IMG/VR virus record: IMGVR_UViG_3300013131_000038
Location: 1-64,000 of that record
Origin: an uncultured virus (IMG/VR IMGVR_UViG_3300013131_000038)
Lineage: Duplodnaviria; Heunggongvirae; Uroviricota; Caudoviricetes
Length of the DNA: 64,000 nt
Strand: one strand, 5' to 3'
Shown: in pieces, positions 1 to 9,251 of the stretch
Position numbering within the stretch: position 1 is the first letter of the stretch
Layout of the letters: each line of letters starts with the position of its first letter
The notes under the pieces: generated by a model
What the model saw: only the letters and a program-made list of their open reading frames with translations
Database searches by the model: none
What the model was told of the DNA's origin: nothing
Made by a program: the position numbers and the translations under genes

Positions 1-659
1 CAGGTTTCGGCGGCAAGAGCTTACACTGTAGCTGTAAAAACAGATGGTACATTTTGGAGTTGGGGGGCAAATGGATATGGTCAACTCGGGAACGCGACAA
101 ATACAAATCGATCATCGCCTGGGACTCTCTCTGGAGGTGGAACTATATGGTGCAAGGCTATTGCTAGTAGTATGTCGTGTCATACCGCTGGATTAAAAAC
201 AGACGGGACAATTTGCACTTGGGGGGCGGGTGGATATGGAAGATTGGGAGGTGGCTCAACAGCTAACATAAACGCACCAAGCGCTGTTTCTGGAGGCGGA
301 ACAACTTGGTGCGATGCAGCTGTAGGATCTAATTTCACTGTGGCGTTAAAAAGCGATAATACTTTTGGACTTGGGGACATAATGGATATGGAACATTGGG
401 AACGGGAACAACCACGAATCGGTCTTCGCCAGGAACAGTGGCTGGAGGCGGAAGTACTTGGTGCTCGGCTTCTTCTGGTCTCTCGCATACCGCTGCCGTT
501 AAAACCGATGGAACTTTATGGACTTGGGGCTGCAATGGCAACGGTCGCTTAGGAGATGGTACAACAACTAATAGATCGTCTCCTGGCACAACAGCGGGCG
601 GAGGTACGACTTGGAGTGCAGTTGGCGCTGGTCAACTTTATTCTCTAGGCTTAAGATAA
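1..659 (+). CDS. RCC1/BLIP-II beta-propeller repeat protein, 3' part (5' end outside window), with an apparent 1-nt frameshift at ~361-368
   Basis: Repeats of (A)VKTDGT(L/F)W(T/S)[22 protein letters not shown]. Frame 1 is open from base 1 to ~366, and the repeat pattern continues in frame 3 to TAA at 657-659. Confidence 0.85.
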
Positions 660-682
660 TATTAAAATTCTGTTTCGTACCA

Positions 683-688
683 TATAAT
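683..688 (+). promoter_or_regulatory. Putative -10 box TATAAT 5 nt before ATG 694 (leaderless-type start of the modification operon)
   Basis: CATATAATATGGTATG. No Shine-Dalgarno and no clear -35. Confidence 0.4.
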
Positions 689-693
689 ATGGT

Positions 694-1224
694 ATGAACT
701 TCCTCTGCATCGAAAACTTTTCTGGAGAAACGTTATCGCAAGTTATTCGCGATCTTCAGTTCAAAGACAAAGATCTCGGCCAAGAAATCGACTGTTTCAA
801 TTTTGTTGACCCGAGTTACGAAGAAATCTTCTCGGGCATTTTGCGCCAAAAAGTATCTTTACCAAAACACTGGGGGTTCTTCCGCAAAGCGAATTCCACG
901 ATTCATTTCGAGACTCACTCTGGACGAAGTTTATTCGCCGCTGTTCTCGCGCTAGACAGTCTTGTATTTACGAGCTACAAGCATAAAAAGCTTGGCGCAA
1001 GAACCGTTTATTGCCTCCCACCAGAATCGGTTCCCGCCTTTATTCAAGAAAATTCTAACGTTCCCGAAAATTGGGACGTTGAGAATCGAATCGCGATTCC
1101 ACAAGGTTCACTTTTCCTTTACGAGCCTTGGTATTGGCACACTTTTTCAAACGGAACTGCGCAACACTTTCTTGTTGAAAGACCCTCTGAAACCAATAAA
1201 ATTGATGAAACACCAAAAGCATGA
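694..1224 (+). CDS. Probable 2OG-Fe(II) oxygenase-like (DSBH) protein
   Basis: IHFETH and a distal LFLYEPWYWHT motif resemble the Hx(D/E)...H facial triad. Confidence 0.55.
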   Translation: MNFLCIENFSGETLSQVIRDLQFKDKDLGQEIDCFNFVDPSYEEIFSGILRQKVSLPKHWGFFRKANSTIHFETHSGRSLFAAVLALDSLVFTSYKHKKLGARTVYCLPPESVPAFIQENSNVPENWDVENRIAIPQGSLFLYEPWYWHTFSNGTAQHFLVERPSETNKIDETPKA

Positions 1225-1769
1225 AACTAAACATTGGTTCTGGCGGCATCAAACTCGATGGATTCGTTACTTGTGATTACGATCTTCTCGCAAAGCCAGA
1301 TTATTTATTTAATCTGGAAAAAGACCCTTTCCCATTTACTGACAATTCAGTAGAACTCGTTGTTGCGAGTCACATCTTCGAGCATCTTGGCGAAGGTTAT
1401 TTTCACTGCTTAAAAGAGCTTTATCGCGTTTGTAAGCACGGCGCGATCATTGACGTTACGGTTCCGCATCATCGCAACGATTATTTCTTCGATGATCCGA
1501 CGCACCGCAGGCCAATCACAGTTGGCGGCTTGCGCCTTTTCAGCAAGAAGCACAATGCGCTGTGCAAAGCTCAAGGCGCGGCATCTTCTAGACTCGGAGA
1601 CTACTTTGACGTAGATTTTGAGATCTTAGAGTTCCATCACGATCCGATGCCACAATATAGATCCGTGTTCGAAGGAAAGCCTCGCGAAGAAGTTGAGCGC
1701 TATATCTTTGAGCATAGCAATGTACTCGAACAGTTGAACATTAAGCTTGTTGTTATCAAGCAACCATGA
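1221..1769 (+). CDS. Class I SAM-dependent methyltransferase
   Basis: KLNIGSG motif I, PFTDNSV..VVASHIFEHL, ELYRVCKHG, DPTH. ATGA overlap with the previous gene. Confidence 0.85.
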   Translation: MKLNIGSGGIKLDGFVTCDYDLLAKPDYLFNLEKDPFPFTDNSVELVVASHIFEHLGEGYFHCLKELYRVCKHGAIIDVTVPHHRNDYFFDDPTHRRPITVGGLRLFSKKHNALCKAQGAASSRLGDYFDVDFEILEFHHDPMPQYRSVFEGKPREEVERYIFEHSNVLEQLNIKLVVIKQP

Positions 1770-3100
1770 GCGATATCTCGCACATCAGACAAACTGTTCT
1801 CGATTTGATCGCGAAAGAAAAACGAAAGACAGTTTTTGAAATCATCGACTTTTACTACGCCAAGGCTAAGACTTTAGCCGAGTTCGATGTTCTCGGAGAG
1901 TTGTCTTTAAAGGCCGAGTATCACGAAGTATATTTGCAGTGCGCAGAAGCGGCGTATTCTTGCGCGAGTACAAGCGAGCAAATTGCCGCTGCTCGCACGA
2001 ACCTCTATCAAGCTTACAATCGTCTCAATTATCCAGAGAAGGCTCTGTTTTATATCGATCTTCACTATAAGCGCGACCCAGACAACTTCGAAGGATTGAT
2101 GAACAAGGCATTTAACCTTGCGTTATTGGGTCAGAGAAAAGAATCGGAAACGATTTTGGAAGGCTTGAGAGCAAGAAGCGCCGAAGATGCTGAAAACTTG
2201 CGATACTCTCTTTCGGGTAAAATGCTTCGTTCTGGCGAAACTGCCGATGGAATCATCAACTTTATCGACACGTTCAAGCCTAGAAGCAAGCTGTTTGAGG
2301 ATAGCTTCAACATGAAAAAGTGGGTCGGCGGTCCACAGCCTGGCCGCACAATCTTCGTTAACGGCGAAGGCGGCGTTGGCGACGAGATTATTAACATTCG
2401 CTTCTTCAAGCATCTCAAAGATCTTGGAATGAATCCAGTCTTGTACTCTTGCTGGTCAATGTATCGCCCAGATATTGTTGACGTGTTTCGCCGTCACGGT
2501 CACGAAGTTATCTCGGAAACGTATTCTATCGACAAGACTGCACTGTGGACAAATATGATGCCGCTGCCCGGTTATCTTGGCCTCGAAGAAAAAGATCTTT
2601 GGTACGGTCCATACCTCACGCCAAAGCGCGATCCGAAGAATCGCCTCGAAAGCAAGAAGTTTAAAATTGGTATTAAAGCTAACGGTAACCCGTACTTTTC
2701 TCAGGACATTTATCGGCGCATTCCAATCGATCAAATCATTGAAGCCTTGTCCGAGTTCAAGGATATCGAAATCTACTTCTTTGATAAAGAGCAAGCTCAC
2801 TCAAAGTGCATCAATATGAAAGACAAGTTGAACTCTTGGGACGATACGCTCGACTACATTGACCAAATGGACGTGATCTTAAGCTCTTGTACGAGCCTCG
2901 TTCACGCTGCTGGAGCAATCGGCAAAACAACTATCGTTATGACGCCGATTGCCGAGTATTATGTTTGGACAAGCACGCGCACGAACAATAGCACGCCTTG
3001 GTATGGAGATAACTTCTATGTTGCGAAACAAGAGAAGCTGCGCTCTTGGGCAGAACCGTTACAAAAAGCTAAAGAAATTATAAAGGGACTAATCGGATGA
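1766..3100 (+). CDS. TPR-like N-terminus plus GT-B (family 9-like) glycosyltransferase
   Basis: Helical TPR-like region, then EGGVGDEIINIRF and DTLDYIDQMDVILSSCTSLVHAAGAIGK...PWY. Confidence 0.8.
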   Translation: MSDISHIRQTVLDLIAKEKRKTVFEIIDFYYAKAKTLAEFDVLGELSLKAEYHEVYLQCAEAAYSCASTSEQIAAARTNLYQAYNRLNYPEKALFYIDLHYKRDPDNFEGLMNKAFNLALLGQRKESETILEGLRARSAEDAENLRYSLSGKMLRSGETADGIINFIDTFKPRSKLFEDSFNMKKWVGGPQPGRTIFVNGEGGVGDEIINIRFFKHLKDLGMNPVLYSCWSMYRPDIVDVFRRHGHEVISETYSIDKTALWTNMMPLPGYLGLEEKDLWYGPYLTPKRDPKNRLESKKFKIGIKANGNPYFSQDIYRRIPIDQIIEALSEFKDIEIYFFDKEQAHSKCINMKDKLNSWDDTLDYIDQMDVILSSCTSLVHAAGAIGKTTIVMTPIAEYYVWTSTRTNNSTPWYGDNFYVAKQEKLRSWAEPLQKAKEIIKGLIG

Positions 3101-3756
3101 AATTTGAATACTGGTTTCCAACTGTTCTCGCCGTTCATCACGCCGAGGACAATTGCAGAAATGCAACTAAAGAAAAGATCTCGAAGTGGATCGAAAGCGG
3201 CGAGCACACAAAGTACCTCGAAGCTTGCCGCGAAGATAACTTGACAACGAGTTATTTTAAATGGCACGACACTCTCGGAGACTTGAAGCTAACAGAGTTA
3301 CACGCCGAGATCTTAGCTCAAACGGCAAAGTTCATTGAGCATATGGGTTTACATCTTGAAACTAAGAACCTCAAAGTAGACTCTTGGATCAATTTCTTTT
3401 ACCCGAATCAAACAGAACATCAGCACAACCATTACGGCAACTTCATTTCGGGCGTTTACTACGTTACTGGCAACGAGAAATCGGGCGCTTTTAGATTCTT
3501 CGATCCTGCCGTTCAAAAAACAATGTGGCGCGGTCAGTATTTATCGAATTCGGCACAGTCGATTGTTAACTTAACGAGCGGTCAGTATCTCCCAGAAGAC
3601 GGCAAAATGATCTTGTTTCCTAGCTGGTTAGAGCACTCGGTGTTGAAAAACACGTCGGACGAACCTAGAATCTCGATAGCATTCAATATCAATTTAAAGA
3701 ATCAAAATGAAAAAGACGTATCACATGATCACTGGTCTCCCGCGTTCGGGATCTAG
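3097..3756 (+). CDS. 2OG-Fe(II) oxygenase (TIGR02466-like)
   Basis: SWIN..HQHNH...ISGVYYV, FFDP, GKMILFPSWLEHSV, RISIAFN. Confidence 0.9.
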   Translation: MKFEYWFPTVLAVHHAEDNCRNATKEKISKWIESGEHTKYLEACREDNLTTSYFKWHDTLGDLKLTELHAEILAQTAKFIEHMGLHLETKNLKVDSWINFFYPNQTEHQHNHYGNFISGVYYVTGNEKSGAFRFFDPAVQKTMWRGQYLSNSAQSIVNLTSGQYLPEDGKMILFPSWLEHSVLKNTSDEPRISIAFNINLKNQNEKDVSHDHWSPAFGI

Positions 3757-4480
3757 TTTGTTGACCGCGATTCTAAAGCAGAACCCACGCTTTCACTCTT
3801 CGATCACGGACGGATTTGCCGCTTCTATTCCAAAGGCTTTGGAAGCTTGCCAAGGAGCGCCCGGTATGCGTTCCGAGTTTCCAGACCAACGCAAGCGCGA
3901 TCTTGTTGAGGCAATGTTCGATGGCTTCTACAAGTGCGTAGACAAGGAAGTTGTTTTCAACACTAGCCGAGGCTGGACGTATCTCACGTCGATTGTTAAA
4001 GATCTTTATCCAAACTCGAAGATGCTCGTTTGCGTTCGCGACATCAAGTGGATCTTAGACAGCTTTGAACTCGCCTTTCGCAGAAACCCTTACACGGTGA
4101 ATAGCGTATCGTTCGGTGGTTTGAGCGGTAGCGTTTACTCTCGCGCAGATTCGTTTATGAGCGACGACGGCATCGTTGGCTTCGCTTACAACGGTTTGAA
4201 GCAAGGCATCACTAGCGGCGAGAAGAAGAGTTTGATGCTCGTTGAGTACGATCAGCTCTGCAAGAACCCGAAGGGCATGATGACTGCGATCTATAACTTC
4301 ATTGGAGAGCCGCAGTTCGAGCACGACTTCAACAACGTTCAAATGTCTTGGGACGAGTACGACGCAGAGATCGGCATTAAGCTGCACAATGTTCGCAAAA
4401 AGATCAAATATACTCAGCGCGAAACGATTCTCCCTCCTGACCTTATTCACAAGTATTCGGGCTTAGAAGTTTGGCGTTAA
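3707..4480 (+). CDS. PAPS-dependent sulfotransferase
   Basis: ITGLPRSGSSLL (5'-PSB loop), VCVRD..WILDS (3'-PB), VEYDQLCKNP...IYNFIG. Confidence 0.9.
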   Translation: MKKTYHMITGLPRSGSSLLTAILKQNPRFHSSITDGFAASIPKALEACQGAPGMRSEFPDQRKRDLVEAMFDGFYKCVDKEVVFNTSRGWTYLTSIVKDLYPNSKMLVCVRDIKWILDSFELAFRRNPYTVNSVSFGGLSGSVYSRADSFMSDDGIVGFAYNGLKQGITSGEKKSLMLVEYDQLCKNPKGMMTAIYNFIGEPQFEHDFNNVQMSWDEYDAEIGIKLHNVRKKIKYTQRETILPPDLIHKYSGLEVWR

Positions 4481-4848
4481 TGCAAGAACGCACGTTCAGA
4501 GAATGCGGCGAGTGTTACGCTTGCTGTGATGGTCACTTGTTCGCTAATGCTCACGGCAACAAGTTCGGTGCTGGCTGCGCTTGTGCTTTTTTAGTAAACA
4601 AGAAATGCTCCGTTTACGAGAACCGACCCGATGTTTGCCGCAAATATCAGTGCGCTTGGACGCAGCATCTTCTCGACGTGGATATGCGCCCAGACAAGTG
4701 CGGCATCATGGTTTCCGTAGAGATTGACGCTAATAAAAAGCAGTATCTCAAAGTGATGCAGATCAAAGAATTTGTAGGCTACGAGGTTTACAAAAAACTT
4801 GACGAATGCGCGAAAAAACTTCATACCTATTGGATTAAAGCTTCATGA
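4480..4848 (+). CDS. YkgJ-like cysteine-cluster (Zn/Fe-chelating) protein
   Basis: CGECYACC...CAFL...CSVYENRP.VCRKYQC. TAATG coupling suggests the start is ATG 4480. Confidence 0.8.
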   Translation: MQERTFRECGECYACCDGHLFANAHGNKFGAGCACAFLVNKKCSVYENRPDVCRKYQCAWTQHLLDVDMRPDKCGIMVSVEIDANKKQYLKVMQIKEFVGYEVYKKLDECAKKLHTYWIKAS

Positions 4849-5774
4849 ACACAACTTTCATTATTAGTGGCGGCGCGGGTCGAGTAATTGCAGCAGTTCC
4901 AGCGTTAGAGAAGTATGCGCGGCTAAATCCAAATGACGATTTCAAAGTTCTCGTTTATGGATGGGAGAGTTTGTTCTGGAGCCACCCAGTTTTACAAAGC
5001 CGCACGTTCTCGATTCATCAGAAAGGAACGTTCGAAGTTAGTATCAAAAATAATCGTGTCGTTTGTCCTGAGCCTTACTACGTTCATGACTACTACAATC
5101 AGAAGATTTCTTTAGCGCAAGCCTTTGACGCCGAGATCAACAAAACATCTGACTATTCTGATTTAACGCCGCCGAAGCTTTATATCTCGACTCTTGAGCG
5201 TAACTCGGCTCTTAGAATCGTGCGCGAGACTAGCAAGGAACGCGCAAAAACGCTCGTTATTCAGCCGTATGGTAGTGGGATGGGCATTTTGAATAATCGC
5301 CCGTTTGATTCGAGTCATCGTAGCTTGGACGTGGACGCCTATTTAAAAATCGTTAAGCGCTTATCCGAGAAGAATCGCGACCTTTCGATCATTTACTTTG
5401 GCGACCAAAACTATCGCCACCCTGCCGATGACGTGTCCGTAGACCTTAAGCCTTACGGTCCCGATCTTCGCGCATACTTGTCTTTGATTGCAGTTAGCGA
5501 TTACTTTTTGGGTTGCGATAGCGTTGGGCAACACATGGCTCGCGCCCTTAACAAGAACGGAATGGTCTTAATGGGATCGACCGACGAAACTAACGTTTCT
5601 TACCCAGACTATTTTACGATCTATCGCAAAAAGGGTCACGTTCCAACTTACAGTCCGATTCGTCTCTCTGGTTTAGATTGCGAGTTTGCCGACAGATTAA
5701 ATGACGGCATCATGAACTTCAACGACGAAGAGATAGAAGAGATTTGCGATACGGTAAACGCGAGCCTCTATTAA
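4845..5774 (+). CDS. Glycosyltransferase family 9-like (GT-B)
   Basis: GGAGRVIAAVPAL N-terminal motif and LIAVSDYFLGCDSVGQHMARAL. Confidence 0.8.
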   Translation: MNTTFIISGGAGRVIAAVPALEKYARLNPNDDFKVLVYGWESLFWSHPVLQSRTFSIHQKGTFEVSIKNNRVVCPEPYYVHDYYNQKISLAQAFDAEINKTSDYSDLTPPKLYISTLERNSALRIVRETSKERAKTLVIQPYGSGMGILNNRPFDSSHRSLDVDAYLKIVKRLSEKNRDLSIIYFGDQNYRHPADDVSVDLKPYGPDLRAYLSLIAVSDYFLGCDSVGQHMARALNKNGMVLMGSTDETNVSYPDYFTIYRKKGHVPTYSPIRLSGLDCEFADRLNDGIMNFNDEEIEEICDTVNASLY

Positions 5775-5775
5775 C

Positions 5776-5810
5776 AAAAAACCCCCGAATTTCTTCGGGG
5801 GTCTTTTTTT
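5776..5810. terminator. Bidirectional intrinsic terminator between convergent units
   Basis: AAAAA-ACCCCCGAA-tttc-TTCGGGGGT-c-TTTTTTT: perfect 9-bp stem with A and T tracts on both sides. Confidence 0.9.
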
Positions 5811-5826
5811 GTTTCTACAGTCTGTC

Positions 5827-6954
5827 TTAGTTCGTAGTCGCAACGAACACGCCGTTAACCGTGTCCTGTGGCGCACCGATCTGGGTCGTGTACACAAGGT
5901 CAACCGTCTTGTTGTCACCGATGGCGCTTGAGTGATTTTCACTTACAAGCTTCGCACCCTTGACTTGATAAATGATCTTGTTGTTGCCAGCGGGGTCTTT
6001 GAAGGTGAACTTGAGGGTCTTCGTTTCGTCGTTAGAAACGAGGAGGTCAAGATTACCCGACTGCTTAAGGTCGGCAAGAATCGCGGAAACGTTCACCGTT
6101 ACTTCGATTGGGAAGTCGATAACCTTCGCGAAGCCGAAGCGTGAGCCGAGGCGCTGGAGGGTTGTACGACCAACTGGGATTTCAATCGAGAACGACTGAA
6201 TGTGAGCCGCAGTGTTGCCAGAATCGGCACCCGTTGGGAAGTCAGCGAGAACAGGGTCAGCGAGTTCGAGCGTGATGTCGCCTGGGCGCAGAGCGGAGAT
6301 ACCGATTGCACCGCTGTTTGGCGCAGGAAGCTGGAACTGGTTATCGCCAGTTGCGCTGGTTTCGACCGTAAGAGACGGCAGAGTGCCAGAGCTACCTTCA
6401 ACAACGTTAATGTTCAGACCTTCTACCGAAACCGAAACCGTTGGAAGACCACCTACAGCAGCTTCTACCGAGTAATTCGTGATAAAGCCGTTACCGATGG
6501 TGATCGTGCTGGCGGCAGCGCCAGTGAACGAAGCGTCGGTTGAGCTTACGCCGTTAGCGTCGTTACCTTCAGGGGAGGTAAAGATGTGGAAGTTACGACC
6601 AGAAAGGGTCGCAGTGTCCGAGGTTTGGGTCGCATCGATAAGGCCCGAAATGAACGAGCGGGTCGTTCCGAGACCAGTACCTACCGAGAAACCGAGGGCC
6701 GTTTCGTTATTACCAGTGTGCAGGTAATAAGTCATATCCATCGTGACGGTGGGTGGTTCAAGGATGATAGCGTCAATACGAGCAAGGTTGCCGAATTGAT
6801 TAACGTCCTGACGAGCGACAGAGAAGCCGTAGTTGGCCGACTGTACGCGGTGGAGCTGCTTGATGTTGCCGCTTGGGTGGGTCGCCGTTGGAATGAGCGT
6901 CCCGTCGCTCACAAAAAGAGCTTCGGATTGGTAGATTACTCTATTTCTTGCCAT
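5827..6954 (-). CDS. Major tail tube-like protein
   Basis: 375 aa, beta-rich S/T/G composition, own promoter motif and terminator, downstream of neck-like genes. Two paralogs lie after the tape measure gene. Confidence 0.65.
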   Translation of the reverse strand: MARNRVIYQSEALFVSDGTLIPTATHPSGNIKQLHRVQSANYGFSVARQDVNQFGNLARIDAIILEPPTVTMDMTYYLHTGNNETALGFSVGTGLGTTRSFISGLIDATQTSDTATLSGRNFHIFTSPEGNDANGVSSTDASFTGAAASTITIGNGFITNYSVEAAVGGLPTVSVSVEGLNINVVEGSSGTLPSLTVETSATGDNQFQLPAPNSGAIGISALRPGDITLELADPVLADFPTGADSGNTAAHIQSFSIEIPVGRTTLQRLGSRFGFAKVIDFPIEVTVNVSAILADLKQSGNLDLLVSNDETKTLKFTFKDPAGNNKIIYQVKGAKLVSENHSSAIGDNKTVDLVYTTQIGAPQDTVNGVFVATTN

Positions 6955-6978
6955 AAGTTAGAAGAAGGTTTTAAATAC

Positions 6979-6984
6979 TTTACA
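6979..6984 (-). promoter_or_regulatory. TGTAAA motif upstream of the tail tube gene
   Basis: One of 10 gene-proximal copies (see findings). Confidence 0.55.
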
Positions 6985-7008
6985 TTTATTTGGGGCAGAA
7001 TGGAATAT

Positions 7009-7854
7009 TTACGCCCTTGGATATCGATAATTAATAACCTCAAAATCTAGGAACCCGATGTACGAACGGGCCGACCCGCGAGAGTCCTTGAACTTCGAAA
7101 CTGTCACGTCATCAATAAATAGCTCAACGCTAGGGTCTGGGTTCGTGTAGTAGTCATCGAACGAGAACGGCGGGGTCTTGATGTCGCCGAACTCGTTGAT
7201 CGGGTAGCTGCCAAAGTCCTTTTGCTTGAAAACGCGGTTCTTAGAGTCGGCAAAGATCGACAATACCCCGTCTAACGAGTAGGGGTCGTCCGCAAACACG
7301 ATAGACCGCATCATTGAGCGCGTCTCGTCTTCGCCGCCGAAAGAAAACGGCGTGTTTTCGAACGAATCGGACATGATATAAATCGCGGGCAAAGTCTGAT
7401 CGTAAGGCGGCAAATAAGTTGCACCGCTCCAAGGAAACTTCTTTTGCGAGGACAAGTTCTTCTCGATGACCAGATCTTCCTCGTTTTCGTTCGAGAGATA
7501 AACGTTGAAGTCCTTGACCGAGAAGCTGCCCGTTACTGCTGCGCCCGTAGCTACGCCTGCGCCCGTAGCGAGCACGCGACCGTTCAAAAAGTCGATCTTC
7601 AGTGCGCTCGACCTTGGCGTAAAAGTCGAATTGATAAAGACGCCACTAGGAATCGTTGCGCCCGTGATAGTCGAGTCGTAAACCCACTGGCGATATTGCG
7701 TGCCGAAAGCTTTATAGGTTGAAGGCAAACGAGCGTCTTGGTTATAGTAAAACCGCCCAGTTTGATTCGTGTATGCTTCGCCTTTTTGCAAAAGGTAGTG
7801 GTCGAGCCACAGTGCGAAGGACGTTGTTACGTTATGCTGATATTGCGGTTTCAT
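7009..7854 (-). CDS. Virion structural protein (tail completion/terminator-like)
   Basis: 281-aa ORF directly upstream of the tube gene. Function inferred from position only. Confidence 0.45.
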   Translation of the reverse strand: MKPQYQHNVTTSFALWLDHYLLQKGEAYTNQTGRFYYNQDARLPSTYKAFGTQYRQWVYDSTITGATIPSGVFINSTFTPRSSALKIDFLNGRVLATGAGVATGAAVTGSFSVKDFNVYLSNENEEDLVIEKNLSSQKKFPWSGATYLPPYDQTLPAIYIMSDSFENTPFSFGGEDETRSMMRSIVFADDPYSLDGVLSIFADSKNRVFKQKDFGSYPINEFGDIKTPPFSFDDYYTNPDPSVELFIDDVTVSKFKDSRGSARSYIGFLDFEVINYRYPRA

Positions 7855-8443
7855 CTAAATTTGAGAATTCCTTTTGGTACTTGGCTAAGATCGCGCTAAT
7901 GTATTTTACATTTTTAAATCGGGTTTTTCCGCGAATTTTACCTTGTTGCGTTTGAATTGCGGTTCCCGAGCGAGAGTTTTTCAACGATGTTCTTTGATCG
8001 TAGAGGTACTGACCGATACCAGAAATGCCCGTTTCGATACCTCGCGCCCAGCTTCTGCCCGAAGCCCACGGCATCGGTGAAACTTCCCAAACGTCCTCGC
8101 GTGCTGGCATGAAGATCGTCCAGTTCGCGCCATCTGGAACGGTCCCAACAAACTGAAGCGCTGTCTTTTCGAACAAATCTAAAATTGGCTGAATCGGCTC
8201 GTCACCATCGTAAAAGCCGATGTAAGAAAATAAATTGCCGTATCCGCCAAGAGTGCCGCTAGTGTTCGGAGAAGATGGGCCAGCTAAAATTTCTTTTGTG
8301 ATTGGATGATCAAGGAACTCTCGGATCATTCTCCGCTTGATTGCATTGAAGCGTGCAGTAACTTGCTTCTCGAAAGATCTGCGAATGATTTCGCCAGATT
8401 CGCGAGCGATCAATGCTTCAACACCACGGGGAAGTCTTGCCAT
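7832..8443 (-). CDS. Putative neck/tail-completion protein
   Basis: 203-aa basic ORF in a head-tail joining position. Inference from synteny. Confidence 0.4.
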   Translation of the reverse strand: MARLPRGVEALIARESGEIIRRSFEKQVTARFNAIKRRMIREFLDHPITKEILAGPSSPNTSGTLGGYGNLFSYIGFYDGDEPIQPILDLFEKTALQFVGTVPDGANWTIFMPAREDVWEVSPMPWASGRSWARGIETGISGIGQYLYDQRTSLKNSRSGTAIQTQQGKIRGKTRFKNVKYISAILAKYQKEFSNLDETAISA

Positions 8444-8444
8444 T

Positions 8445-8900
8445 TTATTCGTTAATCGGAGTCAAGAGAAACGAGTAGTATCTTGGGCCAAACATTCCGT
8501 TTGGTTTGTAATCTGAGACGAACTGGTAGCGGCGACCATCAAACTCGACTTTGCGAGCTTCTTTCAGGTAAGGCCATGCAGCTGCGTCAACTTTAACCTT
8601 AACTGTTCCTGCGGGATACAACATTCGTGTCTGATTAGTTGATCCGGGGTACATGGGCTTGTCGTTAGACAAGTATCTAATCTTTGCCTTAAACGTGTAG
8701 GACTTTGTAGTGTACGTTGGTTCGTTAACGGCACGGGAATCGTCTGCTCCATAGAATGCATTGTAGCTACTAGAAGTTGTTAGAATCGTCATTTCTGGAT
8801 TCATGATAACAGTAATGGTTCGTTGAAACGTCTCGAAAACGTCATCAAAAATACTGTTAATGTAGGATTTTTGAGAATCAGAAATGTATGAGGTTGGCAT
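8445..8900 (-). CDS. Putative head-closure/head-tail adaptor
   Basis: 151 aa with KVEFDGRRYQF-type strand typical of stopper proteins. First gene of the unit. Confidence 0.5.
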   Translation of the reverse strand: MPTSYISDSQKSYINSIFDDVFETFQRTITVIMNPEMTILTTSSSYNAFYGADDSRAVNEPTYTTKSYTFKAKIRYLSNDKPMYPGSTNQTRMLYPAGTVKVKVDAAAWPYLKEARKVEFDGRRYQFVSDYKPNGMFGPRYYSFLLTPINE

Positions 8901-8907
8901 ATTTTTC

Positions 8908-8914
8908 TTTACAC
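8908..8914 (-). promoter_or_regulatory. GTGTAAA motif 7 nt upstream of ATG 8900
   Basis: Minus strand reads AAGTGTAAAGAAAAATATG. Confidence 0.6.
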
Positions 8915-8953
8915 TTTTTATCTCTAATTTATTATATAGTAAGGCAAAAGGTT

Positions 8954-9250
8954 ATGACGGGCAAAGAATACCTGAACGACAGGGTTAAGGTCAACACCTC
9001 TGATTTATTCAAGAGGATGTTAATGATTTTGGAAGACATTAAGCATGAACATGATAGGCAATTTGCAAAATTGCTAGAAGCTGCGCCCGAAAGCTTCAAA
9101 CCAGTTGTCTCCCAAGCTAACTATCTAGATGACGAAAAAGCCGCATATTTGCGGAAACGTATCTTAGATGTTGGCAACGAACTGCTTAGAAAACTAGCTT
9201 CTGAGCTAGAGCAAGTTCGCGTCGAATTTCACCATACATTTAAACAATAA
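8954..9250 (+). CDS. Hypothetical protein
   Basis: ORF. ATG 8954 is preferred because the longer 8888 start overlaps the divergent gene. Confidence 0.65.
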   Translation: MTGKEYLNDRVKVNTSDLFKRMLMILEDIKHEHDRQFAKLLEAAPESFKPVVSQANYLDDEKAAYLRKRILDVGNELLRKLASELEQVRVEFHHTFKQ

Positions 9251-9251
9251 C

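Noticed and set aside
5932..7050. Several overlapping plus-strand ORFs opposite the tail tube gene, and similar short antisense ORFs elsewhere
   Set aside because: They are shadow ORFs arising from codon bias, with no motifs or expression signals.
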